This document shows, one piece after another, positions 21,655-30,877 of a stretch of DNA of 64,000 nt. The position numbers were made by a program, and so were the translations under genes. The stretch lies in assembly GCA_963667015.2 (NCBI GenBank), contig CAXXJJ010000004.1, forward strand, positions 1,216,001 to 1,280,000. Direction: 5' to 3'. The notes under the pieces were generated by a model. That model was not told where the DNA came from. It did not search any database and was given only the letters and a program-made list of their open reading frames with translations. Source of the stretch: Desulfatiglandales bacterium. GTDB lineage: Bacteria > Desulfobacterota > DSM-4660 > Desulfatiglandales > HGW-15. How positions within the stretch are numbered: the first letter of the stretch is position 1; every line of letters starts with the position of its first letter.

Positions 21655-23438
21655 CAGAGCAGGAAGCAACCGAAAATATTAAATTAACCGGCATCGCGGT
21701 ATCTCCGGGAATCGTGATCGGTAAAGCCCGGTTGGTAGAACGCTCGAAGCAGAAGATCATCTATCAGTATCTGATAAATGAAACTGAAATCCACAGGGAA
21801 GTTGAGAGGTTTAAAAAGGCCCTTGATCTGACAAAAGATCAGATACTCGCCCTGAAAAAAAGGATGTCAGACAGTATCAAAGAGCATTCATTTATCATGG
21901 ACGCCCATCTTATGATTGTAGACGATAAAATGATATCGGACGCTACAATCGAAATAATCCTTGAAGAAAAAATTAACGCTGAATGGGCATTAAAAAAATC
22001 TGTCCAGAAGATACGCAAGGTCTTTGATCAGATAGACTACGAGTATATCAGAGACCGCATTAATGATGTAGAAAATGTGGTTGAGCGCATACTCCGCAAT
22101 CTTGCAGGCAAGGAGCAGGAGAGCCTTTCAAAGATCAACGAGAGGGTAATCATAGTTGCCCATGATCTTACGCCGGCGGATACAAGCGAGCTTAACACCT
22201 TAATGGTAAAGGGATTTATTACCGATGTCGGAGGTAAAACTTCCCATACAGCAATAATGGCTCAATCCCTTAAGATACCGGCAGTCCTGGGCCTTGAAAA
22301 GGCAACAGGTATTGAAGACGGGACATTATTGATCGTAGACGGTTACAAGGGTGAAGTAATCATAAATCCTGATGATGATACCATTATCACCTATCAGGAA
22401 AAAACCATTTACTATGATAACTATATTTCAAGCGTCCTTCGGTTAAGCCATCTTCCTTCGGAAACAGTTGATGGCTACAGCCTGGGGGTTAAGGCCAATA
22501 TTGAGTTTCTTGAAGAGGTCGTATCGGCTAAGGACAGCGGAGCGGAAGGAATAGGCCTATACCGGACCGAGTTCCTGTATTTAAGGAATAAGGGAGTTCC
22601 TGACGAAGATGAGTTATTTGAGGATTACAAGCAGGTTGCAGAAATCATTGCGCCGGCTCCGGTTACAATAAGAACTCTTGATATCGGCGGAGACAAGATA
22701 CTTCCATACAGCAGGCTTTCAACAGAGGCCAATCCTGCCCTTGGGTTGCGAGCAATACGATTTTGCCTTAAGGAACAGGACATTTTTAAAAGCCAGTTAA
22801 GGGCAATATTACGTGCAAGCATCCATGGCAATATCAGGATAATGTTTCCTATGATATCCGGGATACAGGAATTCCTGGATGCAAAAGAGATACTGTTACA
22901 GGTAATGGAAAGCCTTGATAAGAAAAAAATCCCCTACGACAATAATATAAAGGTAGGGGCTATGATAGAAATTCCATCAGCTGTAATTATTGCTGACATC
23001 CTTGCAGAAAATGCGGATTTTTTCAGCATAGGAACAAATGATCTCATACAGTATACACTTGCGATTGATCGCAGCAATGAAAACGTTGCCTATATGTATG
23101 AGCCATATCATCCTGCTGTTATACGCATGATAATGCAGGTTGTTAAAGCGGCAAAAAACGCCGGGATAGAGGTGTCACTCTGTGGAGAAATGGCGAGTGA
23201 TCCATTCTGCATCCCGATTTTACTGGGGATAGGGATTAATGAACTGAGTCTTACTGCAGCGGGTATTCCGCTGATAAAAAAACTGATAAGATCCCTGTCA
23301 AAGGAAGAAGCCGATAAGGATCTTGAAGAAATAACCAGGCTTAAGACGTCGGAAGAAATAAAGACATTTATTCTTAAAAAAACTAAGGACCTGGTGCCTG
23401 ACAGTGATGATGAAAATATCTCATTAAATCATCAATAA
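21651..23438 (+). CDS. ptsI: PEP-protein phosphotransferase (PTS enzyme I)
   Basis: GGKTSHTAIMA (phospho-His), GIGLYRTEF, NPALGLRAIR, SIGTNDL, CGEMA. Confidence 0.96.
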   Translation: MTEQEATENIKLTGIAVSPGIVIGKARLVERSKQKIIYQYLINETEIHREVERFKKALDLTKDQILALKKRMSDSIKEHSFIMDAHLMIVDDKMISDATIEIILEEKINAEWALKKSVQKIRKVFDQIDYEYIRDRINDVENVVERILRNLAGKEQESLSKINERVIIVAHDLTPADTSELNTLMVKGFITDVGGKTSHTAIMAQSLKIPAVLGLEKATGIEDGTLLIVDGYKGEVIINPDDDTIITYQEKTIYYDNYISSVLRLSHLPSETVDGYSLGVKANIEFLEEVVSAKDSGAEGIGLYRTEFLYLRNKGVPDEDELFEDYKQVAEIIAPAPVTIRTLDIGGDKILPYSRLSTEANPALGLRAIRFCLKEQDIFKSQLRAILRASIHGNIRIMFPMISGIQEFLDAKEILLQVMESLDKKKIPYDNNIKVGAMIEIPSAVIIADILAENADFFSIGTNDLIQYTLAIDRSNENVAYMYEPYHPAVIRMIMQVVKAAKNAGIEVSLCGEMASDPFCIPILLGIGINELSLTAAGIPLIKKLIRSLSKEEADKDLEEITRLKTSEEIKTFILKKTKDLVPDSDDENISLNHQ

Positions 23439-23483
23439 GACCTTTTCCCATTTATTACATTTACAATCGAGTTAAAGACAGTA

Positions 23484-23930
23484 ATGAGTATAAAAATAGT
23501 ATGTCAAAATAAGAAGGCCTTTCACGAGTATTTTATCGATGAAACCTTTGAGGCAGGCATGGTCCTCCTCGGTCCCGAGGTGAAATCTCTAAGAGATGGA
23601 AGGTCAAACCTTGTTGATGGTTATGCAAAGATCAGCAACAACGAAGTTTTTTTGCATAATATGCATATAACCCCCTACCCCTATGCCCATTATCTTGAGC
23701 TTGATCCAAAGCGAACAAGAAAGCTTTTACTCAATAGAAAAGAGATAAAAAGGCTTTTGGGTAAAACAAAAGAAAAAGGTTATGCCCTTGTTCCATTAAA
23801 GGTCTATTTTAAAGACAGCAAGGCAAAGGTGGAAATAGGCCTAGCAAGGGGTAAAAAGAAATATGATAAACGCCAGTCCCTCAAGGAAAAGGAACAGAAA
23901 AGGGAGATGGACAGGGTCAAAAAATACTGA
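23484..23930 (+). CDS. smpB: SsrA-binding protein
   Basis: [36 protein letters not shown]. Confidence 0.98.
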   Translation: MSIKIVCQNKKAFHEYFIDETFEAGMVLLGPEVKSLRDGRSNLVDGYAKISNNEVFLHNMHITPYPYAHYLELDPKRTRKLLLNRKEIKRLLGKTKEKGYALVPLKVYFKDSKAKVEIGLARGKKKYDKRQSLKEKEQKREMDRVKKY

Positions 23931-23956
23931 TAGCCCAACATGAATCAGAGATTGTA

Positions 23957-23985
23957 TTGACTATTAAAAGGTTAGTGGTTATATT
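23957..23985 (+). promoter_or_regulatory. Putative sigma70 promoter of ssrA
   Basis: TTGACT-N17-TATATT about 90 nt upstream of the tmRNA 5' end. Confidence 0.6.
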
Positions 23986-24074
23986 TGGTAAGTTAAATTA
24001 AAGAATCGATCAACACTCCCCGATTAGGTAACATTCTTAATCGGGTTATTATTAACAGATCATATCATTATTAA

Positions 24075-24434
24075 GGGGGCGAAACGGGTTCGACGGGGAT
24101 AAAGAAGCTTAAGTTGCATATCGAGGTTCTACTCGCTCGTTAAACGGGTGGATTTAAACACAAACGCAGACGATTACGCGTACGCTGTAGCAGCGTAAAC
24201 CATTTTGCTACCGGCCTTTTCAGTCTCTCCTGCGTGACAGGAAAGGGCGTCGACAGAGCAGGATAGCAGATATGACGCACCTGTAGGTCATTGACGCGAA
24301 ACCTTTATACAGGTTAGCCTTTAGCGACATCTCCTGATAGGAAACTAAAGGTGAATCTCTTATATCGGGATAAATATGTAGACGCTTAAGCGGAATATTT
24401 TCGGACGGGGGTTCAACTCCCCCCGCCTCCACCA
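24075..24434 (+). ncRNA. ssrA: tmRNA (one-piece); tag peptide ADDYAYAVAA at 24166-24198
   Basis: 5' GGGGGCGAAACGGGTTCGACGGGG; 3' GGACGGGGGTTCAACTCCCCCCGCCTCCACCA (T-arm, acceptor stem, CCA); internal GCA GAC GAT TAC GCG TAC GCT GTA GCA GCG TAA; directly after smpB. Confidence 0.97.
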
Positions 24435-24584
24435 AATTATAACAATTATTTCAATTTGATCTTGTTTTTGCTGATACCGGCTGATTTGTTTTTTATTTTT
24501 TAAGACGCAATAAGAAATCTTCAATTTCTGCAAAACTCTGGATTCTGTGGAATACACATTTTACATACTTTTAATGTATCATTA

Positions 24585-24755
24585 TTGACATAGCTTATAT
24601 TTTCGTCTAATCTTTTCCTGCACGTTTCAAATGTGTTTAGTTTTTTGAAAGGTCGAATGAACTTCACGCTATATCCGATGCAACTCCCAATCATTCGGCC
24701 TTTCGCTATTTATAGAGAGGTCAGGAGTTGGCGTTCCTGACCTTTCGCCTTTTTA
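24585..24755 (+). ncRNA. Candidate small RNA gene 1 (promoter + long-loop hairpin + terminator hairpin)
   Basis: TTGACA-N17-TAATCT (24585-24613); stem GAAAGGTCGAATGA/TCATTCGGCCTTTC with a 30-nt loop; second stem GAGAGGTCAGGA/TCCTGACCTTTC followed by a T-run. Confidence 0.5.
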
Positions 24756-24790
24756 AACCTAATTTTTACATTTTTTTAACAGTTTCATTG

Positions 24791-24912
24791 TTGACTTACT
24801 TCCGTTTAAATTCTATTCTTCGATTACAAAGGTAGTCACGCCTTTATGAAAGGCCGGATTCTCTTCTTGTTACCATACTGAGCCACAAAATCCGGCCTTT
24901 CTTTATTCTTTA
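24791..24912 (+). ncRNA. Candidate small RNA gene 2 (promoter + long-loop hairpin/terminator)
   Basis: TTGACT-N17-TATTCT (24791-24819); perfect 13-bp stem GAAAGGCCGGATT/AATCCGGCCTTTC with a 28-nt loop, followed by a T-rich tract. Confidence 0.5.
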
Positions 24913-24989
24913 CCTGCCATCCATAAACAAGAGGGAGACACTAATGAGTTTCATATATACCTTTTAACCATCAAGATATCCGGAACAGA

Positions 24990-26975
24990 TTATTCTTTCC
25001 CGATACTGATAGCGGCTTGATATGCACTGCTAATTGCCTGGTCAACCTTGCCAGGTTTTATGGCATCACCGATTATATCAACGGGCAGATCTCTGACTTT
25101 ACCTTTTAACTCATCAAATGGAACAGACTTCATTCCCAGGGCAAAAAGAATAGTATCAGCTTCAAGACGTTTCTCCTGCCCATCCGGTAATAGTACTCTT
25201 ACAAAATTATCACCCAGTTCCAGACATTTTGTGTTTTCCATAACATTGATGTTCTCTTTTGCAATTTCACTCACCAGGGCTTCACGATACATACCATAGG
25301 ATTCATCAGCAATACGAGGAAGCATTTCAACAATTGTGACATCATGTCCGCTCTTTGCCAGGTGTAACCCCTGTTCGGAACCGATCAGGCCTCCGCCAAT
25401 CATGATAACTTTTTGACCGCAGATAACTTCCCCTCTATAAGCCTTAAGGGATTGATTGGCATGTTCTATGCCCGGGATCTTCGGAGTTATCGGCTCAGAG
25501 CCGGTGGCTATTATGATATGGTCAGGTTTAATTTGATCAACCAGATCTCCATCTGCCTTTGTATTGAGAAGAACGTCAATGTCCCGGTTTCCTACCTCAC
25601 GTATCAGCACATTTTTAAAATTCATCAGATCAATCTTGTCAGGCTCCTGATCCGTGAAGAACAATAATCCTCCCAGCCTGTCTCCCTTTTCAGCCAGAAC
25701 AACTTTATGACCCCTGTCAAAGGCGGTTATGGCAGCCTGCATCCCTGCAGGACCTCCACCGATAATCAGTACTTTTTTCAAGGTTTTCGGAGGTTCAAGC
25801 TCATAAGGATCAAAGGGAAGATTCGCCAGTGGATTGATTGTGCAGTAACCGACAATTTTTGCCAGTTCCATGCTGTCAAAGGGGAGATCCTTATATCCTT
25901 CCTCCGGGGATCCCGGAAAGCATTTAAAGCATCTTATACAGCGCCTTATCAGATTCTCTTTTCCTTCTTTTGCCTTATTGGCTATCTCCGGGTCAGCGAG
26001 GGACTGTCTTCCCAGCACGATATAGTCCGCCTTCCCTTCTGCTATAATCTCCTCCATCTGTTCCGGCGCGTTAATACCCCCGACAATCCCTACGGGTATT
26101 TTTGTATATTTTTTGACTATTGCTGATAGTTCTGCATTGTAGCCATGCTCAACATACATGGAAGAAAACTGTTTGGTTGCAACGGCATCATAATATATTC
26201 CGCTGGATATCTGGACTGAATCAATAATCCCTTCCAGCATAGCCACAAACTGACCGGTTTCTTCAGGAGTAACACCGCCTTTATATCCGTCATCACCGCT
26301 GATTCTCAGTTCCAACAGAAAATCAGGCCCCATGACTTCTCTTATGGCCTTTAAAATCATTATTGGGAATCTTGCCCGGTTAACAAGGCTGCCGCCGTAT
26401 TCGTCAGTTCTTCTATTATATGAAGGTGATAAAAACTGGGTAAAGAGAAATCCATGCCCTCCATGAACCAGGACACCATCATAACCGCAGTTCTTAACAA
26501 ACTTTGCACAGGTGACAAAATCTGTGGTGACACGCTCCATATCCTCAACGGTCATAGCGCGCACCTTCGTGCCATTTGGACGAACTTCATCATTAGGTCC
26601 GATAGTTTCCTGGTCCGGCCCAAACGGAACCTTTTCCGCCCCTGCATGCATAAGCTCGCATATGGCGATTGCACCATGTTTTTTTATTCTTCTGGCATAT
26701 TCGCCTACCTTCTCAACCACGTATCCATCGGTTTGTGTAAAGTCTACCTCAGGTAGCGGTATCCTTATGGCATCCCTGAAGTTTACATCCAGTTCTCCTA
26801 CAGCAACGCAGGCATAGCCTCCCCGGGCAGGGGCCTCCAGTTTCCTGAAGGATTTATCCGCCGCTTCCGGATTGCAGGCTATGAGCGCGAACGCCATAGG
26901 AGCGCTTTCTATTCGGTTTTTATATGTAAAGCGTCCTACCTTTAAAGGAGAAAAAAGATAATCAAATTTTCCCAT
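24990..26975 (-). CDS. FMN/FeS/FAD NADH:flavin oxidoreductase (OYE/enoate-reductase family); Fcr/ERED-like flavanone ring-cleaving reductase
   Basis: KNRIESAP, HGGHGF..QFLSP..N.RTDEYGGS, CIRCFKC...CTINP FeS motif, two GxGxxG dinucleotide sites; resembles the Eubacterium ramulus enzyme as I recall it; operon context. Confidence 0.75.
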   Translation of the reverse strand: MGKFDYLFSPLKVGRFTYKNRIESAPMAFALIACNPEAADKSFRKLEAPARGGYACVAVGELDVNFRDAIRIPLPEVDFTQTDGYVVEKVGEYARRIKKHGAIAICELMHAGAEKVPFGPDQETIGPNDEVRPNGTKVRAMTVEDMERVTTDFVTCAKFVKNCGYDGVLVHGGHGFLFTQFLSPSYNRRTDEYGGSLVNRARFPIMILKAIREVMGPDFLLELRISGDDGYKGGVTPEETGQFVAMLEGIIDSVQISSGIYYDAVATKQFSSMYVEHGYNAELSAIVKKYTKIPVGIVGGINAPEQMEEIIAEGKADYIVLGRQSLADPEIANKAKEGKENLIRRCIRCFKCFPGSPEEGYKDLPFDSMELAKIVGYCTINPLANLPFDPYELEPPKTLKKVLIIGGGPAGMQAAITAFDRGHKVVLAEKGDRLGGLLFFTDQEPDKIDLMNFKNVLIREVGNRDIDVLLNTKADGDLVDQIKPDHIIIATGSEPITPKIPGIEHANQSLKAYRGEVICGQKVIMIGGGLIGSEQGLHLAKSGHDVTIVEMLPRIADESYGMYREALVSEIAKENINVMENTKCLELGDNFVRVLLPDGQEKRLEADTILFALGMKSVPFDELKGKVRDLPVDIIGDAIKPGKVDQAISSAYQAAISIGKE

Positions 26976-27056
26976 GAAGTCCCCGATGCCAGATTAGAAA
27001 TATTAAAAAAGGATTACAACTTTGGCAGAGACAAGGCTTGCCTTGTCTCTGCATGC

Positions 27057-27899
27057 TTATTGAATCACTCCTTTCTGCTCCTCGTAAATCTGGGGCAGAA
27101 ACGACGCAAGATTGGTGTATTCCATTACATTATGCATGGCCAGTCCCTTTGCCACAATCTCCGGTAACTTTGCTGTTTTTGGCAGACAATAATGGGGTTT
27201 TTTATTCAGGATGTGATACCCCATCCAGAATCTTGTACGAAACTCAACGCCTTCAGGAATTTCCCTTATAAAGTGCATCATAAAGGCCGCCGATTTCTGA
27301 TCCGGTATTCCCGGAGGCGGATTTAACATCTTTGCTGAACCGTTTGCAGCCACGAGTGTACCCACGTTAGGTGACTTGAAGCGCTCCATATCAAAACCAA
27401 CATCCTCAGGCGTCATAAAGCTGATGGCAATCTTTTCCACGCTCGGTCCGCCTGTATCTTCGAGCACATAGTGTGTTATTCCCTGAAACTTCTTTTTGGG
27501 GGGTGTATTCGGGTCCAGCACAATAGCTCTGTGCCGGTCGCTCATGGAGACACCGAAATGTCCGGGTGGAAACCAGATCTTATATCTAAGATCTTCAAGA
27601 CCGTGCCATCCAAACCACCAGTCTACCATTTCAACTGTCACACCGGGCATCTTAAGGAGATTCGCAACATAGAGCCCTCCCTGAGGCAGGGCACACCAGC
27701 CGGCTTCGACTTCATGATATCCGGGATCAAGCATTTTGTTCAGCTCTTCAATGGGAAGGGCCTTTGCAGGGTCCATGGGTTTTTCCATCTTTTCCAGCGC
27801 ACCGGGGGCCGGAGGGGTCAGTTCTTTATAAAAGTATTTTGAATATGGTTTTGCCTCTTCCTCCGGGGTCAATTCCGGATCTCTTACCTGTATTTCCAT
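27057..27899 (-). CDS. phy: Phloretin hydrolase / DAPG hydrolase (PhlG family)
   Basis: MPGVT.EM.DWWF.WH, DLRYKIW.P..H, THYVLED, RFWMGY, HNVMEYTNLA.FLP.IY; His/Glu/His/Glu metal ligands present. Confidence 0.85.
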   Translation of the reverse strand: MEIQVRDPELTPEEEAKPYSKYFYKELTPPAPGALEKMEKPMDPAKALPIEELNKMLDPGYHEVEAGWCALPQGGLYVANLLKMPGVTVEMVDWWFGWHGLEDLRYKIWFPPGHFGVSMSDRHRAIVLDPNTPPKKKFQGITHYVLEDTGGPSVEKIAISFMTPEDVGFDMERFKSPNVGTLVAANGSAKMLNPPPGIPDQKSAAFMMHFIREIPEGVEFRTRFWMGYHILNKKPHYCLPKTAKLPEIVAKGLAMHNVMEYTNLASFLPQIYEEQKGVIQ

Positions 27900-27901
27900 A
27901 A

Positions 27902-29614
27902 TTAGTCCTCCTGAGGATTATATTTATAATTTTCAAAGGGTATTTTTTCTGTTGAAAGCTTGAGGCTTCCATTTTCCAGCCTGGCGGTAATCCATTTACG
28001 CCAGTTCTGATCATCCTGTTCGGGAAAATCCTCCCTCACGTGCCAACCCCTTGTTTCCTTTCTTTCAAGTGCAGATTTCATATAGATTTCAGAGCAATAT
28101 GTCATGTTCCTCAGGTCATGACACAATCCCAGCATATGGAAGTCTCCTTCAGGAGATATTTCACTGTCCACAAGACCGTATATATCATCAATGACCTTTA
28201 ACGATTCTTCCATACGTTCACTGTTTTTACGTATACTGTAGCGGGGAGGTGTTATTACTTCCTGAAGCATCCGGATACCTTCACGGGGATTCATCCCTGT
28301 CTTTCTCTGCATCGGGGAAAAGATCGCCTCTTTAAACTCTGCAACCTGATCTTCATTTATATCGGGATCATTTGTATCCGCCGCATATTCAGCAACAGAT
28401 GATCCTGCCAGAACGGCAGACACACCAGCCCATGTAAGTCCTGACCCCCTCAAACGGCAGGGAGGAGGTGTAGCCCCGCAGAAACCGGAACCGGATTTAC
28501 ATGCATCACCCAGGGCCCACATACCATCAAGTGTCCCTCTCATGCTGTGATCAACACTGATGGCACCCATTTCTCCGATAAAAAGAGGTACTACTTCCGG
28601 CCGCCATCTCTCATCCGATGTAAATTTTGCTTCCTTTGCCATGAGTGCACCCCAGAATTTTCCGGCCCATTCACGGTCCCACTTAAAAAGAAAACCTCCC
28701 GCAGCAATGGGATTATTTACAAATATCTCTGTTTCTTCAAAGAGAATCGGGCCCCTGCCCTCCATGACTTCTTTTTCCATACCCAGGAAGATATTTATAT
28801 CAAAGTCAGGTTCCCACTCCTTGCAGTATTTGGGAGGCAAATATTCTCCGAGATCATTATAAAGGGCATACTGTCCGCCAACTATTGAGGACATATTCCC
28901 CCTGAGCCCGATATTATAGAAATTGGATATTTCAGCATTTCTTAACTGTGCACCGGCTCTGTATGCCGCAGCCACACCGTCACCCCTGCCGCTGTACCAC
29001 ATATTGGTGGCCATCCAGTTACAGGAACCGCTGGCAATGACAGTGGCTTTGCTTTTGAAGATTCGGAAGGTACCGTCAGTTATATCAAAGCCTACTGCCC
29101 CTGTAACAGCATTGCCTTCAGTAAGCAGTTCCACGCTTTGAGTTTTGTCCACCATTCTGACCCCGTTTTTCTTTGCCAGCTTTCTGAGTTTCAGCATTAT
29201 ATCGAGGTCATATGCCGTCAAAGCCCACAGAGGTATCTCTTCTATCCGTGAAAGCTTCCCGTTTTCATCACGCATGATTTCAATACCCCAGCTTTCAAAC
29301 ATCTTAACAAGCTGGAGTGAGGTTTCGGCATATATCCTGACCATTTCCTGGTCTTCAAGATAATGACCTACTTCATTTACATAGAACTCCAGGAATTTAT
29401 CTGCGTCATCGGTTTCGTCGAGCACCCACATAACGCCCGCACCCTTGTTTGCCTTTGATCCGGAAAAGCCGGTAGTTGCTTTTTCAACAATCAGTACATC
29501 CAGATTATTGTTAAGCTCCTTGATCCTGTTTGCAATTATCAAACCTGCCAGTCCACCGCCCAGGATCAGAACGTCGGCTGAAAAGACCTCTCCATATTTA
29601 TTTAAATCAGACAT
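27902..29614 (-). CDS. SdhA/FrdA/AprA-family FAD-dependent oxidoreductase, catalytic subunit
   Basis: GGGLAG FAD site, GDGVAAAYRAGA, GMWALGD, SALERKETRGWH.REDFPE; lacks the covalent-FAD His motif of SdhA. Confidence 0.8.
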   Translation of the reverse strand: MSDLNKYGEVFSADVLILGGGLAGLIIANRIKELNNNLDVLIVEKATTGFSGSKANKGAGVMWVLDETDDADKFLEFYVNEVGHYLEDQEMVRIYAETSLQLVKMFESWGIEIMRDENGKLSRIEEIPLWALTAYDLDIMLKLRKLAKKNGVRMVDKTQSVELLTEGNAVTGAVGFDITDGTFRIFKSKATVIASGSCNWMATNMWYSGRGDGVAAAYRAGAQLRNAEISNFYNIGLRGNMSSIVGGQYALYNDLGEYLPPKYCKEWEPDFDINIFLGMEKEVMEGRGPILFEETEIFVNNPIAAGGFLFKWDREWAGKFWGALMAKEAKFTSDERWRPEVVPLFIGEMGAISVDHSMRGTLDGMWALGDACKSGSGFCGATPPPCRLRGSGLTWAGVSAVLAGSSVAEYAADTNDPDINEDQVAEFKEAIFSPMQRKTGMNPREGIRMLQEVITPPRYSIRKNSERMEESLKVIDDIYGLVDSEISPEGDFHMLGLCHDLRNMTYCSEIYMKSALERKETRGWHVREDFPEQDDQNWRKWITARLENGSLKLSTEKIPFENYKYNPQED

Positions 29615-29629
29615 TGTATTAGCCTCCCT

Positions 29630-29890
29630 CTAGTCTTCCACATAGGATTTTGGATAAAAGGACCTGGGATAGGGCTCAGGAATAGAGACCGGATTAACCG
29701 GTATGACCTGGATTGCCCCTTCCGGGCATGAGAGCTCGCACCAGCTGCATGTGGCGCATTCCTCTGGATATTTTGCAACCGGCCTTTTGGCCTCAGCGTC
29801 CCAGACAATAACATCCACGTAACAGGCCCTGTAGCATTTCTTGCACCCTGTGCATTTTTCATAGTCTATAAGTATTTTATGTGTACTCAT
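29630..29890 (-). CDS. 2x[4Fe-4S] ferredoxin (AprB-like partner subunit)
   Basis: CTGCKKCYRAC and CATCSWCELSCP motifs. Confidence 0.9.
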   Translation of the reverse strand: MSTHKILIDYEKCTGCKKCYRACYVDVIVWDAEAKRPVAKYPEECATCSWCELSCPEGAIQVIPVNPVSIPEPYPRSFYPKSYVED

Positions 29891-29910
29891 TATTTCCTCC
29901 ATTAAGTGTT

Positions 29911-30843
29911 CTACTCAGGCATACTCGCCGAGATAAATTCCCTGTACTTTTTTACCCTTGCTTTGAATTCATCTGTTTTCTTTGATTCAGTAATACCGGT
30001 TTCATTATTTTGTATATCATCAACGTGAATCATCTTTCCTGAAATAGTGTCATGGGCATGTTTGAGCTGTTCTTCAGGAAACTCAAAAGCAACCTTCCCG
30101 TCCACTATTTTTATTTCGCCGATAATGCCGCAAAGGCAGCAGATGGCTTCGGAAGAGTTGTCATTCAGATAAAAGTTTCTGCTGTGGCAGTGGGGGCACA
30201 CACCTGCTTCACCTTTGTATGTGGCAGAAGCAATATCTTCGGCAGCCCTGGCCAGGTCCGCTCCTATCTGATGGACCCTGGCAACTTTTTCATCTTCCAT
30301 GATGATACCCTTGGACCAGGAAAAAACTTCATTGTCTATTATCTTCCACATGGGCGTCATGGCCTGAAGTCCGTGATCACACTGTATTCTGGTTGTCCAG
30401 TCCGAACCGCCTATACCCATGTAGGATACAACCTTATCCTTCAGGATTCTCGGATCAGGAATCTTTCCTCCTTTTTCCTCGGCTATCTTTGTCGCAATTA
30501 TATTGCTTCCCCTGTCCATTCTCGGGCCGAAACGATCTATCAGGGTTCGAACAATACTTGGAGTACCCTTAACAAACACCGGTGTGGCAAATACTATACC
30601 GTCTGCGTCGAGCATCTTATCCAGCAGCCATTCAAAATCGTCCTTCAGAACGCATCTATTACCTTTGCCTGAAAACAGGCCCATGACACAGCTTACGCAA
30701 CCGGTGCAGTATTTTAAATCCAGATTATGAAGATTGATAAACTCGACGTCCGCCCCCGCTTCCTTTGCCCCCATGAGGGCTTCCTTACACATTGAATCAT
30801 TATTTCCATTTTTAAATCCACTGGATATTCCTAGTATTTTCAT
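29911..30843 (-). CDS. flr: Flavone/flavonol reductase (FLR; flavodoxin-like FMN-dependent ene-reductase)
   Basis: MKILGIS...ND.MC.EALMGAKE, CTGC..CV, LLDKMLDADGIVF, DRFGPRMDRG, GGSDW, TPMWK.IDNEVF, GVCPHCHSRNF, HAHDT.SGK..H; these match the Flavonifractor plautii FLR sequence as I recall it. Confidence 0.85.
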   Translation of the reverse strand: MKILGISSGFKNGNNDSMCKEALMGAKEAGADVEFINLHNLDLKYCTGCVSCVMGLFSGKGNRCVLKDDFEWLLDKMLDADGIVFATPVFVKGTPSIVRTLIDRFGPRMDRGSNIIATKIAEEKGGKIPDPRILKDKVVSYMGIGGSDWTTRIQCDHGLQAMTPMWKIIDNEVFSWSKGIIMEDEKVARVHQIGADLARAAEDIASATYKGEAGVCPHCHSRNFYLNDNSSEAICCLCGIIGEIKIVDGKVAFEFPEEQLKHAHDTISGKMIHVDDIQNNETGITESKKTDEFKARVKKYREFISASMPE

Positions 30844-30877
30844 TTTACATAACTCCTATATGATATTCTTTTCAAAC

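Noticed and set aside
24220..24557. Two short minus-strand ORFs (MVEAGGVEPPSE..., ...WWRRGELNPRP)
   Set aside because: Antisense translations of the tmRNA 3' end
24647..24901. CRISPR array (similar repeats around ~29-nt unique segments)
   Set aside because: The flanking repeats are inverted rather than direct, there are only two units, each has its own promoter, and no cas genes are in the window
27902..29890. aprAB (APS reductase) or sdhA/frdA annotation
   Set aside because: Family-level similarity only; no covalent-FAD His motif, no sdhB/C or sat/qmo neighbours, and it is embedded in a flavonoid cluster
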